A stretch of 64,000 nt of DNA from Nageia nagi. Its lineage: Eukaryota > Plantae > Pinophyta. The stretch is taken from positions 146,258,001 to 146,322,000 of the forward strand of contig JBITNC010000001.1 of NCBI GenBank assembly GCA_050084985.1. Reading direction: 5' to 3'. This document shows positions 1-11,599 of the stretch, piece by piece (positions within the stretch are counted from its first letter, which is position 1; each line of letters starts with the position of its first letter). The notes beneath the pieces are model-generated. The model was not told where the DNA came from and did not search any database. It worked only from the letters and a program-made list of their open reading frames with translations. Made by a program: the position numbers and the translations under genes.

Positions 1-2176
1 ACAAAGAAAATCATAATATTAGAGGAGAATTTTCCTAGCAACACCTAACTTTTTTATGAGAAGATCTCATAAGGGTTGAAAGACCCAAGGTAAGCTCAAT
101 GGGAGTCCCTTATAATTTTTTTAGTGTCTTAGCATGATCCTTACTCTCAAATATTTGTATCAAGTTCAAACAATTATAGAAAATATACTATAATATTAAG
201 GGTATTCATTTTGTATGAAAGTTTGAAAGAATTTAATGAATATAATAATTGGAAATTTAAAACTTATAGGAGTAGAATCATTTTCAAACTCAAAAGATGT
301 AAATATCTGTTATGGATTCTTCATTATTCAATATTTAGAGTAAGGATTTAATTATAAAGGAAATTATTAGTTTTGTATAATTTATAGTAATCATTACTTG
401 TGTTGGTAATTCAATTTGAATTTACCCTCTAAATTGTCATATCTTAGTCACAATGTTCATTCTTGTCTTTGACTACTATGTAATTCATCCATTCTTATTT
501 TTTTATCTTATATATGATTATGATATATTTAAACTCTCTCAAAAATATCACCCTCATAAGCTCAGTATATCAATGGTAGTTGGATTTTGATAGTGAAGAA
601 TTATTCTTGTATTCTACAAGTGATTCCAGATTGTACTATTGGGTGTAGCTAAGTATAATGTATTATACATAATTACTCAAATATGGTAAATAGGGGTTAA
701 AATCCTATATTGACTCTTTCGAAGCTCTATACAAAATTAGGTAGTAATGTTCAATAAAATTAATGCTAAATTGATCATTTAATCTCAACTTTTAATATCA
801 ATTTTATACGATGGCTATGAGTAGAATTGTATTTCTATTTGTTGTATTGAGCTAGTATGTATAGTACACTCTTTAATTACATCAAATTCACATATTCCTT
901 AGAAAAATACTATATATCTCATCCACAATTATTGGATTGTACTATAGAAAACTATGAGGTTTCTTCGGCATTGTAAAATATCTTGGAGACAATTTGACAA
1001 AAAAATAATGATGGAATGCAAGCATACAATTCTTAGTTATTTTTTTATCATTTCGTATTGTATATTTATTTAAATAATAATGAAAATTGAAAGTAGATAA
1101 ATACCTTTTTCTACTACTAATAGTGGTATGTTGTAAACATATTAGGCTCAACCAATTATATTCCCATTTAATAAAACTATCTTGTGTTTCTTCATGACTA
1201 GGCATTTGAGTCTTGTATGGTAATCTGATCTTATTCATACAATTTCAAATACTAGGTACTTAGTAAGAACTTTGAGATAAATAATTAGAATGATCTTATT
1301 TCTATTTTTTAATACTTTCAATTTAAGGATATTTATGAATAAATTAAGTATGGTAAAAGGGTAAGAAAAGGCTAAGTAATTGATTATAAAAATTTTTAAT
1401 AGTGGAGGCATTATTAGTTTAGGGATAAGTTTATTTGACAATTAGTGATAGTGCTTATTTCTTATGGACCCCATTAATACAATGAAACAAATAATTACTT
1501 TGGTAAAATCATGGTTAATTTAGATACAAGGAAGCTATTTTTAATTATGTTTCAAATTACTCCAATGATTAAAAATATTTGGTTGTATTAACTTAAAGGT
1601 TTAGAGAATTAAATAATATTGAGATATGATATTGAATTAAAAATTAGTCTAGACTTTTAGCATACATCTAATATTGGAAAAATCATAAAATAATATCATA
1701 AAATCATGTTGCATTATGTTCAAGGGTTCAATTTACTTTATTTATCATCTAAGAAGATAAGAATGAGTATTGGGAATCATTGAAGTTACAATACAAGTAG
1801 ATTCTTCTCATATGGTCCTATCTTATGTAATTTACATATATGATGAGAAATCTATTACAAGTCAAGATCCTATTGGGGTATACTATGAAGTTAAGAATAG
1901 GTTTATATATGGATAGACTTTATTCTACCAAATATACATTGAAAGTAGATGAACTTGATTGGCATTTTCTTATTGATTTAATGTTAAAATAATGAAAACA
2001 TTGGTGGGATATGTTTGATTTTCATTTGCATAAGATAGTGTTTTGAGCACTCAGGTTATCATACCTATAAAATCCACTTGCACTATCCTCATTGATTAAA
2101 TGCTTGTTTACATATTTCAAAAAAAGGATTAATTTTTCTTAGGGGAAACTAGAATTAGTCTTATTAGAACTTTACA
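1..2176 (+). repeat. Probable 5' LTR of the gypsy element (left end outside window or unresolved)
   Basis: Non-coding sequence ending in ...TTACA, 1 nt before the tRNA-Met PBS; left boundary not visible. Confidence 0.55.
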
Positions 2177-2177
2177 T

Positions 2178-2188
2178 TGGTATCAAAG
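2178..2188 (+). promoter_or_regulatory. Primer-binding site (tRNA-iMet), mutated
   Basis: TGGTATCAAAG versus plant consensus TGGTATCAGAGC, just after the LTR-terminal CA. Confidence 0.85.
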
Positions 2189-5100
2189 TCTATATTAGGC
2201 CTATTGGATTCATAGTAATTTTCATACTTTCTATTACATTCTAGTAACAATATGGTTGTTATCCATAGGCATGGTTGTGGTTTTAGACTTGGCCATGGTT
2301 TGGGTTAGGGAAGGGGTAGAGGTCAAGGGGAAAATATTGGGAATCAAGGGAATCATGAACATAGAAACCAACAAGTACTTCATGATAATCAAATTCAGGT
2401 TAGTAACCAAGAATAACAAAATATTCATGAGTAGGAGATAAATATTAATTAGTAATGTGGGCTTAATTAGGAAAATAATATTAAAAGGGTTGTATTTGAA
2501 ATTAAATGCAATTAGTTAGGGTACAAATGATACAAAAAGAATATATCATTGATGAGCTTCATAATTGAGGATCAAACTTGAGGTTGTAAGAAGTACCTAG
2601 TAAATCTATGGACTAGTTGAGGTCTCATGTTAGGGATGAACTAGCTAAGAACCCAAAAAATATTTGCTTACCAAGTTTAATATTGATAGTATTCAATAAA
2701 TGATTGGCTCTTTGAAGTTGAGGCATATTTTGTAGTAAGAGGATGTAGTGGTAAAGTAAAAACCAACCTTATAGGCATGCATCTATTTGATATATCATTA
2801 TAGACATGGAATACACACTTGACCCACTCAAGTAAATAGTTGCTAGTATAGAATGTGTTGAATTTACTAGAATTTTTAGAACCTAATTTTTACCTAATTA
2901 ATATTTTGTGGAAAGAGAAAATAAAATTTTCAAGTTAAATCAAGGTGATAGAGCTATTAAGAAATACTATCATGATTTTATAAGACTACTCAAATAGCTT
3001 CCCATTTATGAAGGTAATGAACCTCTTAAGATTCAAAAATTCATTTGAGGACTTAACTCTAGTATTTGTTCAACCATAGATATGTTGAAACCAAGTTGTC
3101 TTCAAAAGGTTTATGAGTTAGTATGGAAGGTAGAATGGAATTAAATCATTAAGAAAGGCTCTCTAGAGAAGAATAAGAATAATTTAACTTTGAAAAATAA
3201 TAATATCAAAATAAGAAGAGCCCTACCAAACTGAGGTGGCTAGAGAATTAGAAAAAAAAAGAAAGAAGAGAATAAGAAACAAGGCAAAAATACCTAGAAT
3301 AAGAGCGAGAAGCATTACCAGCATACCAATGAATATAATGAAATTAACAAAGTAAGAACTAATTATTTTAAAATTGATAAGTCTATTATTCCAAAAATTA
3401 GAGGTTGATTCAATTATTGGCAAACTCATTTTGCTAGAAATTATCCTAATAGGAAGATTAGATCAACCATGGATAATCATAAAATCCTTGTAGTGATCAA
3501 TAATCAAGATTTGAATAGCTAAACTACTCCAATTATGATGGAAGGTATACTACTTAACAATAACGTTTCTATTTTGATAGATTATGGAGCTAGTAAGAGT
3601 TTAATATATTTTTATATTATAGACTTATAATTTCCTATCAAGCCTAACATGTTAGAAAAATTTTGGAATGTAAGGTTTGATTTTGATTAAAAGTGCAAAG
3701 TTAAACATGCTTAAAAGATGTAGAACTTACTCTACCAATTATACCTAGATTGTATACCTTTATATTATACCTTAACCAATATTTGGTGTTATTCTGGGCA
3801 TAGATTGGATCACTTAAAAAAAAAATTCAGTAAACTATGATAAAAAATTGATTTAGTTAAACCATGATGGGGTATAAACTTATATATCTAGTATAAAAAA
3901 AAATCCCTATATTAACTCCATATAAGTTTTCCAACTTATTAAAGTAGTTAAGAAGGGCTATGAATTATTTTCTATAAAAATTAAGAAGAAGATAGATATT
4001 GATCCAACATATTTTCTTGAAATTACCCAATTCTAAGGGTGTTTATAGATATTTTTCCTGAAGAGCTATAAAGAAATATCCTATTATTAAATTTGATTTT
4101 ACCATATATTTAATCCTAGGAGTAGTACCTATAGTTAGGACTCTTTATTAGATGAATACAATTGAAATTTATTAATTTAAAACCTAATTATAGGTGTTTC
4201 TAGATAAGGGTCTCATAATACCTACTATGTCACCATTGGATGCATCGGTTATTTTTGTTAAAAATAAGGGTGGATCCTTAAGATTATGCATAAATTATAA
4301 GATTTTAATAATATGAATATAAAAAATCATTACCCATTGCCCATGATAGATGATTTATTTGATCAAATACATGGATCTAATATCTTATTAAAATAGATCC
4401 AAGCTTTGGTTATCAACAATTTAGAATAAAGGATGAGGATATTTATAAAACTTCATTCAAGACTAGATATGGTCATTATAAATTTACATTTTTATCATTT
4501 TAACTCATTAGCATTCATGAACCTAATGTATTTAAAGAATATTTAGATAAGTTTATCTTCATTTTCTTGATGATATACTAATTTATTCTCAAAATAAGTA
4601 AGAACATGATAATCACTTATAGATAACTTTGTAAATACTAAGATAGAATTAATTGTATGGTAATTTATCCAAAAGTAAGTTTTATACTCCTATTATTCAT
4701 CATCTAGACCACATAATATCATCTAAAGGCTTGGCTATAGATCCTAAAAATAATATAGCAGTAAGGGATTGGCCAACTCCAAAGATGTTAGTAAAGTTCA
4801 CAATTTTATGGGCTTAACTAGATCTTATATAAAGTTTGCTAAAAAAATTCTAGAATACCATATCCCTTTACCCAACTACAAAAGAGGGGAAATAAATTTT
4901 TGTGGACTAAAAGGTGTGACATAGCTTTTAAAATCCCAAAATAGAAACTAATTTTAGCTCTAATACTTAGTCTTCATGACCCTAAAAGGATATTTACTAT
5001 GTGTATTGATGCAACTAAAGAAGGGCTTGGTGGGGTTTTGTTGTATGAAAATATTGTATTGACGTATGAATCTAAGAAACTCTAGGAAAGAGCAAAACAA

Positions 5101-6065
5101 AATGTCGTAATTACATATGAATGTCAAAAATTAAAATACCATGAATGAAATTATCCTACATGTGATTTAGAGTTATTTGCAATTATACATGCACTTAAAA
5201 TTTGGAGGCATTACTTGATCAATAAACTTGTTGACCTTAAAACCAATTATCATAGTTTATAATATCTCTTTTCTAAACCTATTTTAAATTCTAGACAACA
5301 TAGGTGGGTGGAATTTCATGCTACATTTGATTTAAAAATTGACTATATGAAAGGTAAAGAAAATATAGTTGTAGATGCTATATCAAGGGTAAATAAAACT
5401 AGAAAATTAGCTACATACCTTACACCAGGGGTTGTTCTTAGTTTTAAATAAATACATGGCCAAAAAATAGGAGTGGCTAGGTGATCCCATTAATTTCATG
5501 TGGAGAATGGAGTTTAAGGAGAAGGGAGGAGATGAGTTAAGGTTATATAGAGGTAAAAAAAAGAGTTAGAGAAGTAAAGTGATGAGAGGGAACCATCACA
5601 ACTTACTACATAAAGGGAAGGATGGGATGAGGGAGGAGTCTAATGAATCATTAAATTTCAGTCCCCTTAGTTCACAAATTTATGTGGGAATGAGGAGAAA
5701 GATAAAGAAACTTTGATTAGGTAGAGGACTATTTCTAAATTATATTTATGTATTATGAGGAGTGTTATTTGTGGGCCTTCATCACATTATTTCACAAGTG
5801 GAAAAGCTCTAAGAGATTATTTACAAAGAGTTGGCTGTGTAGAATAATATCTATGTACTGATTAGATGATGACAAGGTTTGATTGAGTTAGTATTAGTTT
5901 AATTTTTATACCTTTGGAGGTCTATGTGGAGTATTAAAGTGCCTAGTAGCCATAGTATGTACTAACTTAATATTACTAGTATATTATATTATTGGGCCTT
6001 AGAACAAATTTGAATATCAAGGTATTTTATTTTTTACAATAGGTTCTTGGTTCCCATCAAAAACC

Positions 6066-6067
<2 letters not shown>

Positions 6068-6155
<88 letters not shown>

Positions 6156-6192
6156 TGTATGTATGTATATATTTATGTATGTATGTATGTAT
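6068..6192. repeat. Compound microsatellite (TA)n followed by (TATG)n
   Basis: About 30 TA units, then about 14 TATG units with one interruption. Confidence 0.98.
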
Positions 6193-6199
6193 GATTTTG

Positions 6200-6480
6200 T
6201 ATAGTCTCCATGTATATGTATGAGACTATCTTTCACTACATTCTTCAATGAACATAGAATGATTTTCCATAAGTTATATAATATTTTTCCCTTTCTATAT
6301 TTGTAAAAATATCTATATAGATTTCAATGGCCATGGATTTGCACTTATCTCCTCTTCCAATGGTCAATCATTGCAGGATGTCATTAATATTATTATCTGC
6401 TTTGATCTCATCTAACAATCTCCTCTAGTAGGTTACTATGTTACCAATGTATTGGATAACATGATACTTTCATGAAACCC
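6200..6480 (-). mobile_element. Possible PIF/Harbinger transposase N-terminal remnant
   Basis: Minus-strand reading [19 protein letters not shown]...VKDS loosely follows the GH..RC..FRM...F..LC...LKDS pattern of plant PIF transposases; heavily decayed. Confidence 0.25.
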
Positions 6481-7681
6481 CTTTCATAATGGAGTGGAGT
6501 ACATGGAGCTTTCCGATCATGATATCATAGATAGCAACACAAAGTTTCAACACCATTTTGAGTAATCCAAGATTTAGAGGAATCATCCTAAACTCTACAA
6601 GCATGCAATTTTTAGTTATATACTATGATTTAAAGCTAAAAGGATAACATCACAAGCAAAAAGAAGAAGAAAGATCAAAACTTTGTGAAGTAAGCATCCA
6701 TCAGTTGCATGTGTATGTGCTCAAAATCCCAAAGAGTGTTAGGGAAAGGTGGCAACCTTGTTTTTCACTCTTATGGTGCTAACAATACTATCAAAGAGTT
6801 CTTGAGAGGAGCAAAAGTGACCAATCACTTAATCATACAATCTAGATATTGTTGTATATGCCATTTGACTAAAGTCTCTCAAATAGTATATATCAAGGTA
6901 CAGTATCAATTTTTTTTTAAAATCTACAAAGAAATAGAAAACTTTCGAAGATCTGAGCATGCCAACTCTATTATAGTTTTGACAACTAAGATATGGTCAA
7001 TAGTCATGTAATCTTGACAAAAACGAACTTGGCATACCTAAAATCATATTGAATTGATGGTAGGTGCGGATGAGGCTAGCATCATGCTCCCATTGGATTT
7101 TGATAATAATTACACATTATGATAAACAAATAATTTAAATAATTAGATGTTAAAATATTATGTATACATTTAAATTATATTAAAATAATTTATTACATAC
7201 ATAAACTTATCAAAAGGAAAAATATTTTGTATACATTTAAATTTGTATTAGTATCATATAATTATACCTTTTTTTAGCAATATACATATAAAAATTATAA
7301 AATATTTTTCACTTATTAACAATTCATTGCATATATTTCCAAAAAAATAAATATCTATCATATACAAATATTTTGAATATTTAAAAATAACAAACAATTT
7401 AAAAAAAAAGATTAATATAAATTAAATTATTTTATTGACTAAACAAACTAACATATTCATAGTTGTTGCATGAAAATTGTAACATATTCTATGAAAAAAT
7501 ATTATTAATAACTAAATGATCATTCAAAATACAAAAATATTTAAACTATATCTTTGGTAATCACATTTCTAATATCTAACGATAAATGAAAAATAATTTA
7601 AAACTTTCAAATAAAATAGCATACAATTACATATTTTACATGATTTGAAAATTTCAAATCAAATAACCTACACATAATATT

Positions 7682-8125
7682 TTCGAAACCATTATTAAAA
7701 TTATGTTGTCTATGGTGTACCCGTTTGAGGTTCTTGGCCATGTTAGGACCATCGTGCAATGGGAAGACGATGCTCCTCTGCACATTGGAGGGGCAGTTAG
7801 AAGGTGTCGGTTTCCATACTCTAAATTAATGAAGATAAAGCGCAATGTCCACAGGACAAGGGAGCCCATCCGGAGAGTATTATTCTAAGCTCCGGTTGAA
7901 GAGGTGCAGAAATATGATCGTTAATGGACCCTGAGGGGTGTTTCTGATGCAGAACAAAATTGGGTGAGCATCGTGCATGAGATGTTGACGAATCCCACTC
8001 TACTCCATCTGATGAGCCCACTTTGCGTCTGGACTCCTCCACTGCCCTGTACATTATAGTTCCTCTTCAGAACCTTGCGTGCCAGACCTTCATAAACCAG
8101 AACGACCTTACATCTCCATTCACTA
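7682..8125 (+). pseudogene. ABCG: ABCG half-transporter (ABCG9/14/21-like) nucleotide-binding-domain pseudogene fragment
   Basis: Joined across frameshifts it reads [38 protein letters not shown] (Walker A, 7746-7769)...QDKGAHPESII/KLRLKRCRNMIVNGP/LRGVSDAEQNWVSIVHEMLTNPTLLH/DEPTLRLDSSTALYII (signature and Walker B, ~7930-8060). This is colinear with ABCG14-type [31 protein letters not shown]...[38 protein letters not shown]. The GFVAQDD..LRLP (Q-loop) block is deleted. Confidence 0.9.
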
Positions 8126-8479
8126 GTAAATTATTAAGTACATCTAGGGCTATTGCAATCTAAAACCTAGCAAAATTATTAAGTACACCCACTACCTAGA
8201 TGTGTCGTTTATATCTATCTGCAGTTGCTATCCAAAGTGAGTATATTCAGTCTAATAACATTTAAATTTATGATTGAAAGTTTTCATATTTTAAATTTTG
8301 AGAAACTAAAATCTTAAGTAATTAAGCAGTTATAAATTACACAAAAACAAAGAGCAAAATAATACACTAAAGCATTCCAGCCAATAAACATGAAAGTAAC
8401 TTGTGAGAATTCGCTTTCAAATTCAGAGACAGCCATGGGTCTCTTGTCTGATGATGCTCTAAATACATCTAAAATATAT

Positions 8480-8800
8480 GCAGTAGCAGCTCTCCTTCGT
8501 GTTTTGGTCCCACCTTAACAACTTTATTATGAAACAGACATTTCAAAGGCAAGAAATGTTCCAGTAGGCATAGCTTGCAGAACATATGAAGGAAATGAGG
8601 ACGTGGCATCAACAGCGCTTGATTTCATAGATGCAGACTGAGGGCATCATATATGGAATGAGAAGCTCATGCCCATGGAGAAAAACATACATTGAGGAGG
8701 GAATTAATAAATCGTCCGAAGTGAAGGTTACGCATCTTGTGAAACGACCATTACGTGTAGATTTGTAACCCCATATTCCTGCCGTCAATTGAAGTTTTCT
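8480..8800 (-). pseudogene. Probable DMP (DUF679 membrane protein) gene remnant
   Basis: Minus-strand fragments DGR-YGVT..WSF, NLHFGRFINSLLNVCF, VCIY, SYVLQAMPTGTFLAF occur in the order of DMP motifs DGKxYYG.AT..G.W.F, L.F.DF.HA.LSV.VF, CFYP, VL..LP.G; PTGTFLAF also resembles the DMP N-terminal LPTGTVLAF; several frameshifts needed. Confidence 0.4.
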
Positions 8801-8979
8801 CCTGTTTTAGTCGCCTTCTTTTGTGCTCAAAAATCACACAAACATAGAAAGCAAAAAAAGAAAGAAAGTGCTTAGTTAGAAACAACGAATTAGAAGGAAT
8901 ATTCATAACTGGGAAACCCTTCGTTATATCATCTGCTACACAATGGATGGATTTGGCAAAACCACTCATCTCCTCTGAT

Positions 8980-9365
8980 CGTGAACGGATGGATTTCGTC
9001 CGATCTACAACGGATGGACTTCCAAAACAATTTATCTCCTTTGATTGCCAACTGATGGATTTTTGAGATCTCCAACTGACAGAATTGTCAAAATCTTTAC
9101 ATATTCCCCATTCTCCAACGGCTATAAATATGCTCGTTTCTTTCCACAGAATATTCATTGGATGTACGGAATTCAAAAAACGGTTGAGATACATCCACCC
9201 ATTGTCAAAAATTTTACATATTCTCCATTCTCCAACGGCTATAAATATGCTCCATCCTTTCCACAGATTCTTCCTTGGATGATGTGTGGAATACCAAAAA
9301 ACGGTGGAGATAGATCCGCCCATTTAGTGGCCAAATACTATGGCGGGCACCTTACGTAACGTGTT
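8980..9365. promoter_or_regulatory. Promoter-like module: six AACGG cores, two MSA-consensus sites fused to TATA boxes, ACGT elements
   Basis: TCCAACGGCTA at 9114-9124 and 9231-9241, each overlapping TATAAATA (9123-9130, 9240-9247; TATTTATA on the minus strand); further AACGG near 8984, 9009, 9179, 9300; TTACGTAACGTG at ~9352. Confidence 0.5.
9084..9324. repeat. Two-copy tandem repeat, 117-bp period
   Basis: ATTGTCAAAA..TTTACATATTC.CCATTCTCCAACGGCTATAAATATGCTC starts at 9084 and again at 9201. Confidence 0.95.
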
Positions 9366-11599
9366 TGGCACATTTGTCATCTACTTTTAAATATACACAC
9401 CTGCTTTAATTTAGTTGTGTAATAAACTTATTTCAATTTTGTTTATTTATAGCTTCTAATTACGTCAAGATGTCATACAGTGGTAGATAAAGGGATCAAA
9501 GAAAGTCAATTGTAGCATGTGTCCCTTAATATATGTCAACTACATTTCAAAAAATAGTAGTCAATTAATCATACAAACTTATATTAATATTAACAGCTTC
9601 AAAAAAATATTAAATGTAATTTTATAAGCTATGTTGAACTTTATTTTCATGAAAGGAAACATTACCATCTTGATATTGAGCCCGGAATAGTTTGAAACAT
9701 GATTTTGATCATTGAGGTGTGATATAAAGGATACGAAACATGACCTTGATAATTGGGATGTGAGACTGTTTGCTTGTTGTCTATTTCCCTTATTGTCTGC
9801 AGCATTATAACTATTGTATTACTTGGTCTGTAAATTTAAAATATTTTTTGGGCATGTAGAACCTCAATGTGTAATAAAACATTCATTTAAATAAAAATTC
9901 AGTTCATCTAAAATATCAACATACATGTCAATCTCAAATTTTCATTAATTATTTTTGAATACTTAGATTTTGTAACATTAGATTTTATATTTTATTATAT
10001 AATATTAATTAATTATTGAAGGTATGTAACAATATTGATTTATTGATAGCTAATTAAAATAGATTTTCTTGGTATATAGTTTAAATTATATCTTTTCAAT
10101 TGTCCAAATGGAATAGAATAAATAGAATTTATATTATTATCGATCAGTTTTAAAAAGAGGTCAGTAGGACTATGAAGTAAGACACAAACAAAACTACTGG
10201 AGTACCTAATGCAACTTGAGAAAATAAATTGAGAAAAAAAAATAGTGTAACAAAATTATATACAAAATCTATGGATGAAGCTCATAAGATGTAAAAACTG
10301 CATTTTAATAAATGATAATCATTGTAATAATTTTAAAATATTATTTTAAAACAATAAAGGAAAATTATTATCAACTTTAAAATCATTGGTACAATTAGAT
10401 TCTAAATATTAGAAGATTACATGTCCATTCTAAGGATAATAGATGTTAAGAATAAAATATTACATATAGATGTCTTTTAATATATTTACTAATCATATGA
10501 TTTTTATAATAATTAAATTTTAACTTAATCTTTTTAAATATTAAGATCCCATGAAATGATGGATATGATATTTGGAGATGCGTAGTTGAAACTCATCTCC
10601 CCATTTCCCATCAAAACATATTTTAAATCCTATTGAGTTGATGGTAGGTGTGGATAAGGTAGGGACCATGTCCCTATGATGATGTGGTTACCACCTTAAT
10701 GGCTTGAAGCCTAAGATAAATGGTACCTTGCGTTAGGATACAAAAAGTTTCTCCCTTAAGGATGGTTTATCCATCAAAAAGAAAATTAAGACCCTTGTGC
10801 ATTCATAAATATTTAAATAGTTAGAAAGGAAAATGATACTTTAAAGATAAAAACTTCAAAAAATTAGAAAATGATTTATGTAAAGAATAAAAAAGTATAA
10901 TAAATAATTACTCTAAAAAATTAATACAGATTTCAACTTCATTATTTATTATTTTTCTATTCTAATTTCCATCCACATATTTACACATTTTAATTATAAA
11001 AATAGTTAATATAATGATTTTTAAAAATTTCTCTAAATATTTAAATGTAGTCACATCTTGTGAAAATTAATATTAGATAATATTACATATTACTGATAAT
11101 TAAAAGTATATCATTTTGTATACTATATGATTTGTTGAGATATATGGATGCTATATTTCTTATTTGTGTCTATTACAATATTAATATGAACCATAATAGA
11201 AAATTTTATATAATTTTAAAAAGGATATCTTATGTAAGGTATATTATAATTTATAGGAATACAAGTTTATATATCTTACATTTATGAATTTTTTTTCTAT
11301 AATATTTCTTATAAGATTAATTAATTTTATATTTTTTAATAGATTATTGCTTTTTTAAAATTTTATCTTATATAAGCTATCTTATCATAAATATGATAAA
11401 CAATTACACATGATAAATATTTTAATTAATATTATACTTATAATAGATATGATTGAAAAACCTAAAAATAAGCATATTAAATGCCTATAAATAGAGATAA
11501 AAGCATGAAATCTTTTAAAGAAATAAAAATAAAAAGCTATTATCCTAATCTTCATCAAGATATAGAGAATATAAATGTAGAAACCATAAGATATCATAT

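Larger units (their letters stand above)
1..5390 (+). mobile_element. Degenerate Ty3/gypsy LTR retrotransposon (3' part of 5' LTR, PBS, gag, protease, RT, RNase H; integrase absent)
   Basis: LTR end TTTACA at 2176 followed by PBS; protease ILIDYGAS at 3571-3594; RT motifs VIFVKNKGGSLRLCINY (~4250-4300), YPLPMIDDLFDQ (4331-4366), DDILIYS (~4570-4590); RNase H CIDATKEGLGGVL (~5002-5040), DLELFAIIHALKIWRHYL (~5164-5217), GKENIVVDAISR (~5353-5388); many stops and frameshifts. Confidence 0.93.

Noticed and set aside
6057-6248. 63-aa ORF with YI/HTYI repeats
   Set aside because: Translation of the microsatellite
7886-7972. miR390-target-like CCGGAGCTT and miR156-like TGATGCAGAAC..GTGAGCA
   Set aside because: Too many mismatches, no hairpin or tasiARF sequence, and both are explained by ABCG codons
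7703-8054. ORF-track ORFs 7703-7888 (+), 7654-7869 (-), 7821-8054 (-) as small genes
   Set aside because: Off-frame or antisense readings of the ABCG pseudogene
8565-8612. + strand ACRTYEGNEDVA resembling a PPR E-domain
   Set aside because: Single short motif with no flanking PPR repeats; the opposite-strand DMP reading explains more of the region
8751-9359. 190-aa (-) and 104-aa (+) ORFs with internal peptide repeats
   Set aside because: The repeat comes from the 117-bp (39-codon) DNA duplication; both strands are open and no family was recognised
8400-9360. snoRNA cluster, snRNA or telomerase RNA gene in the island
   Set aside because: No properly spaced C/D or H/ACA boxes, no USE (RTCCCACATCG), no telomeric template found
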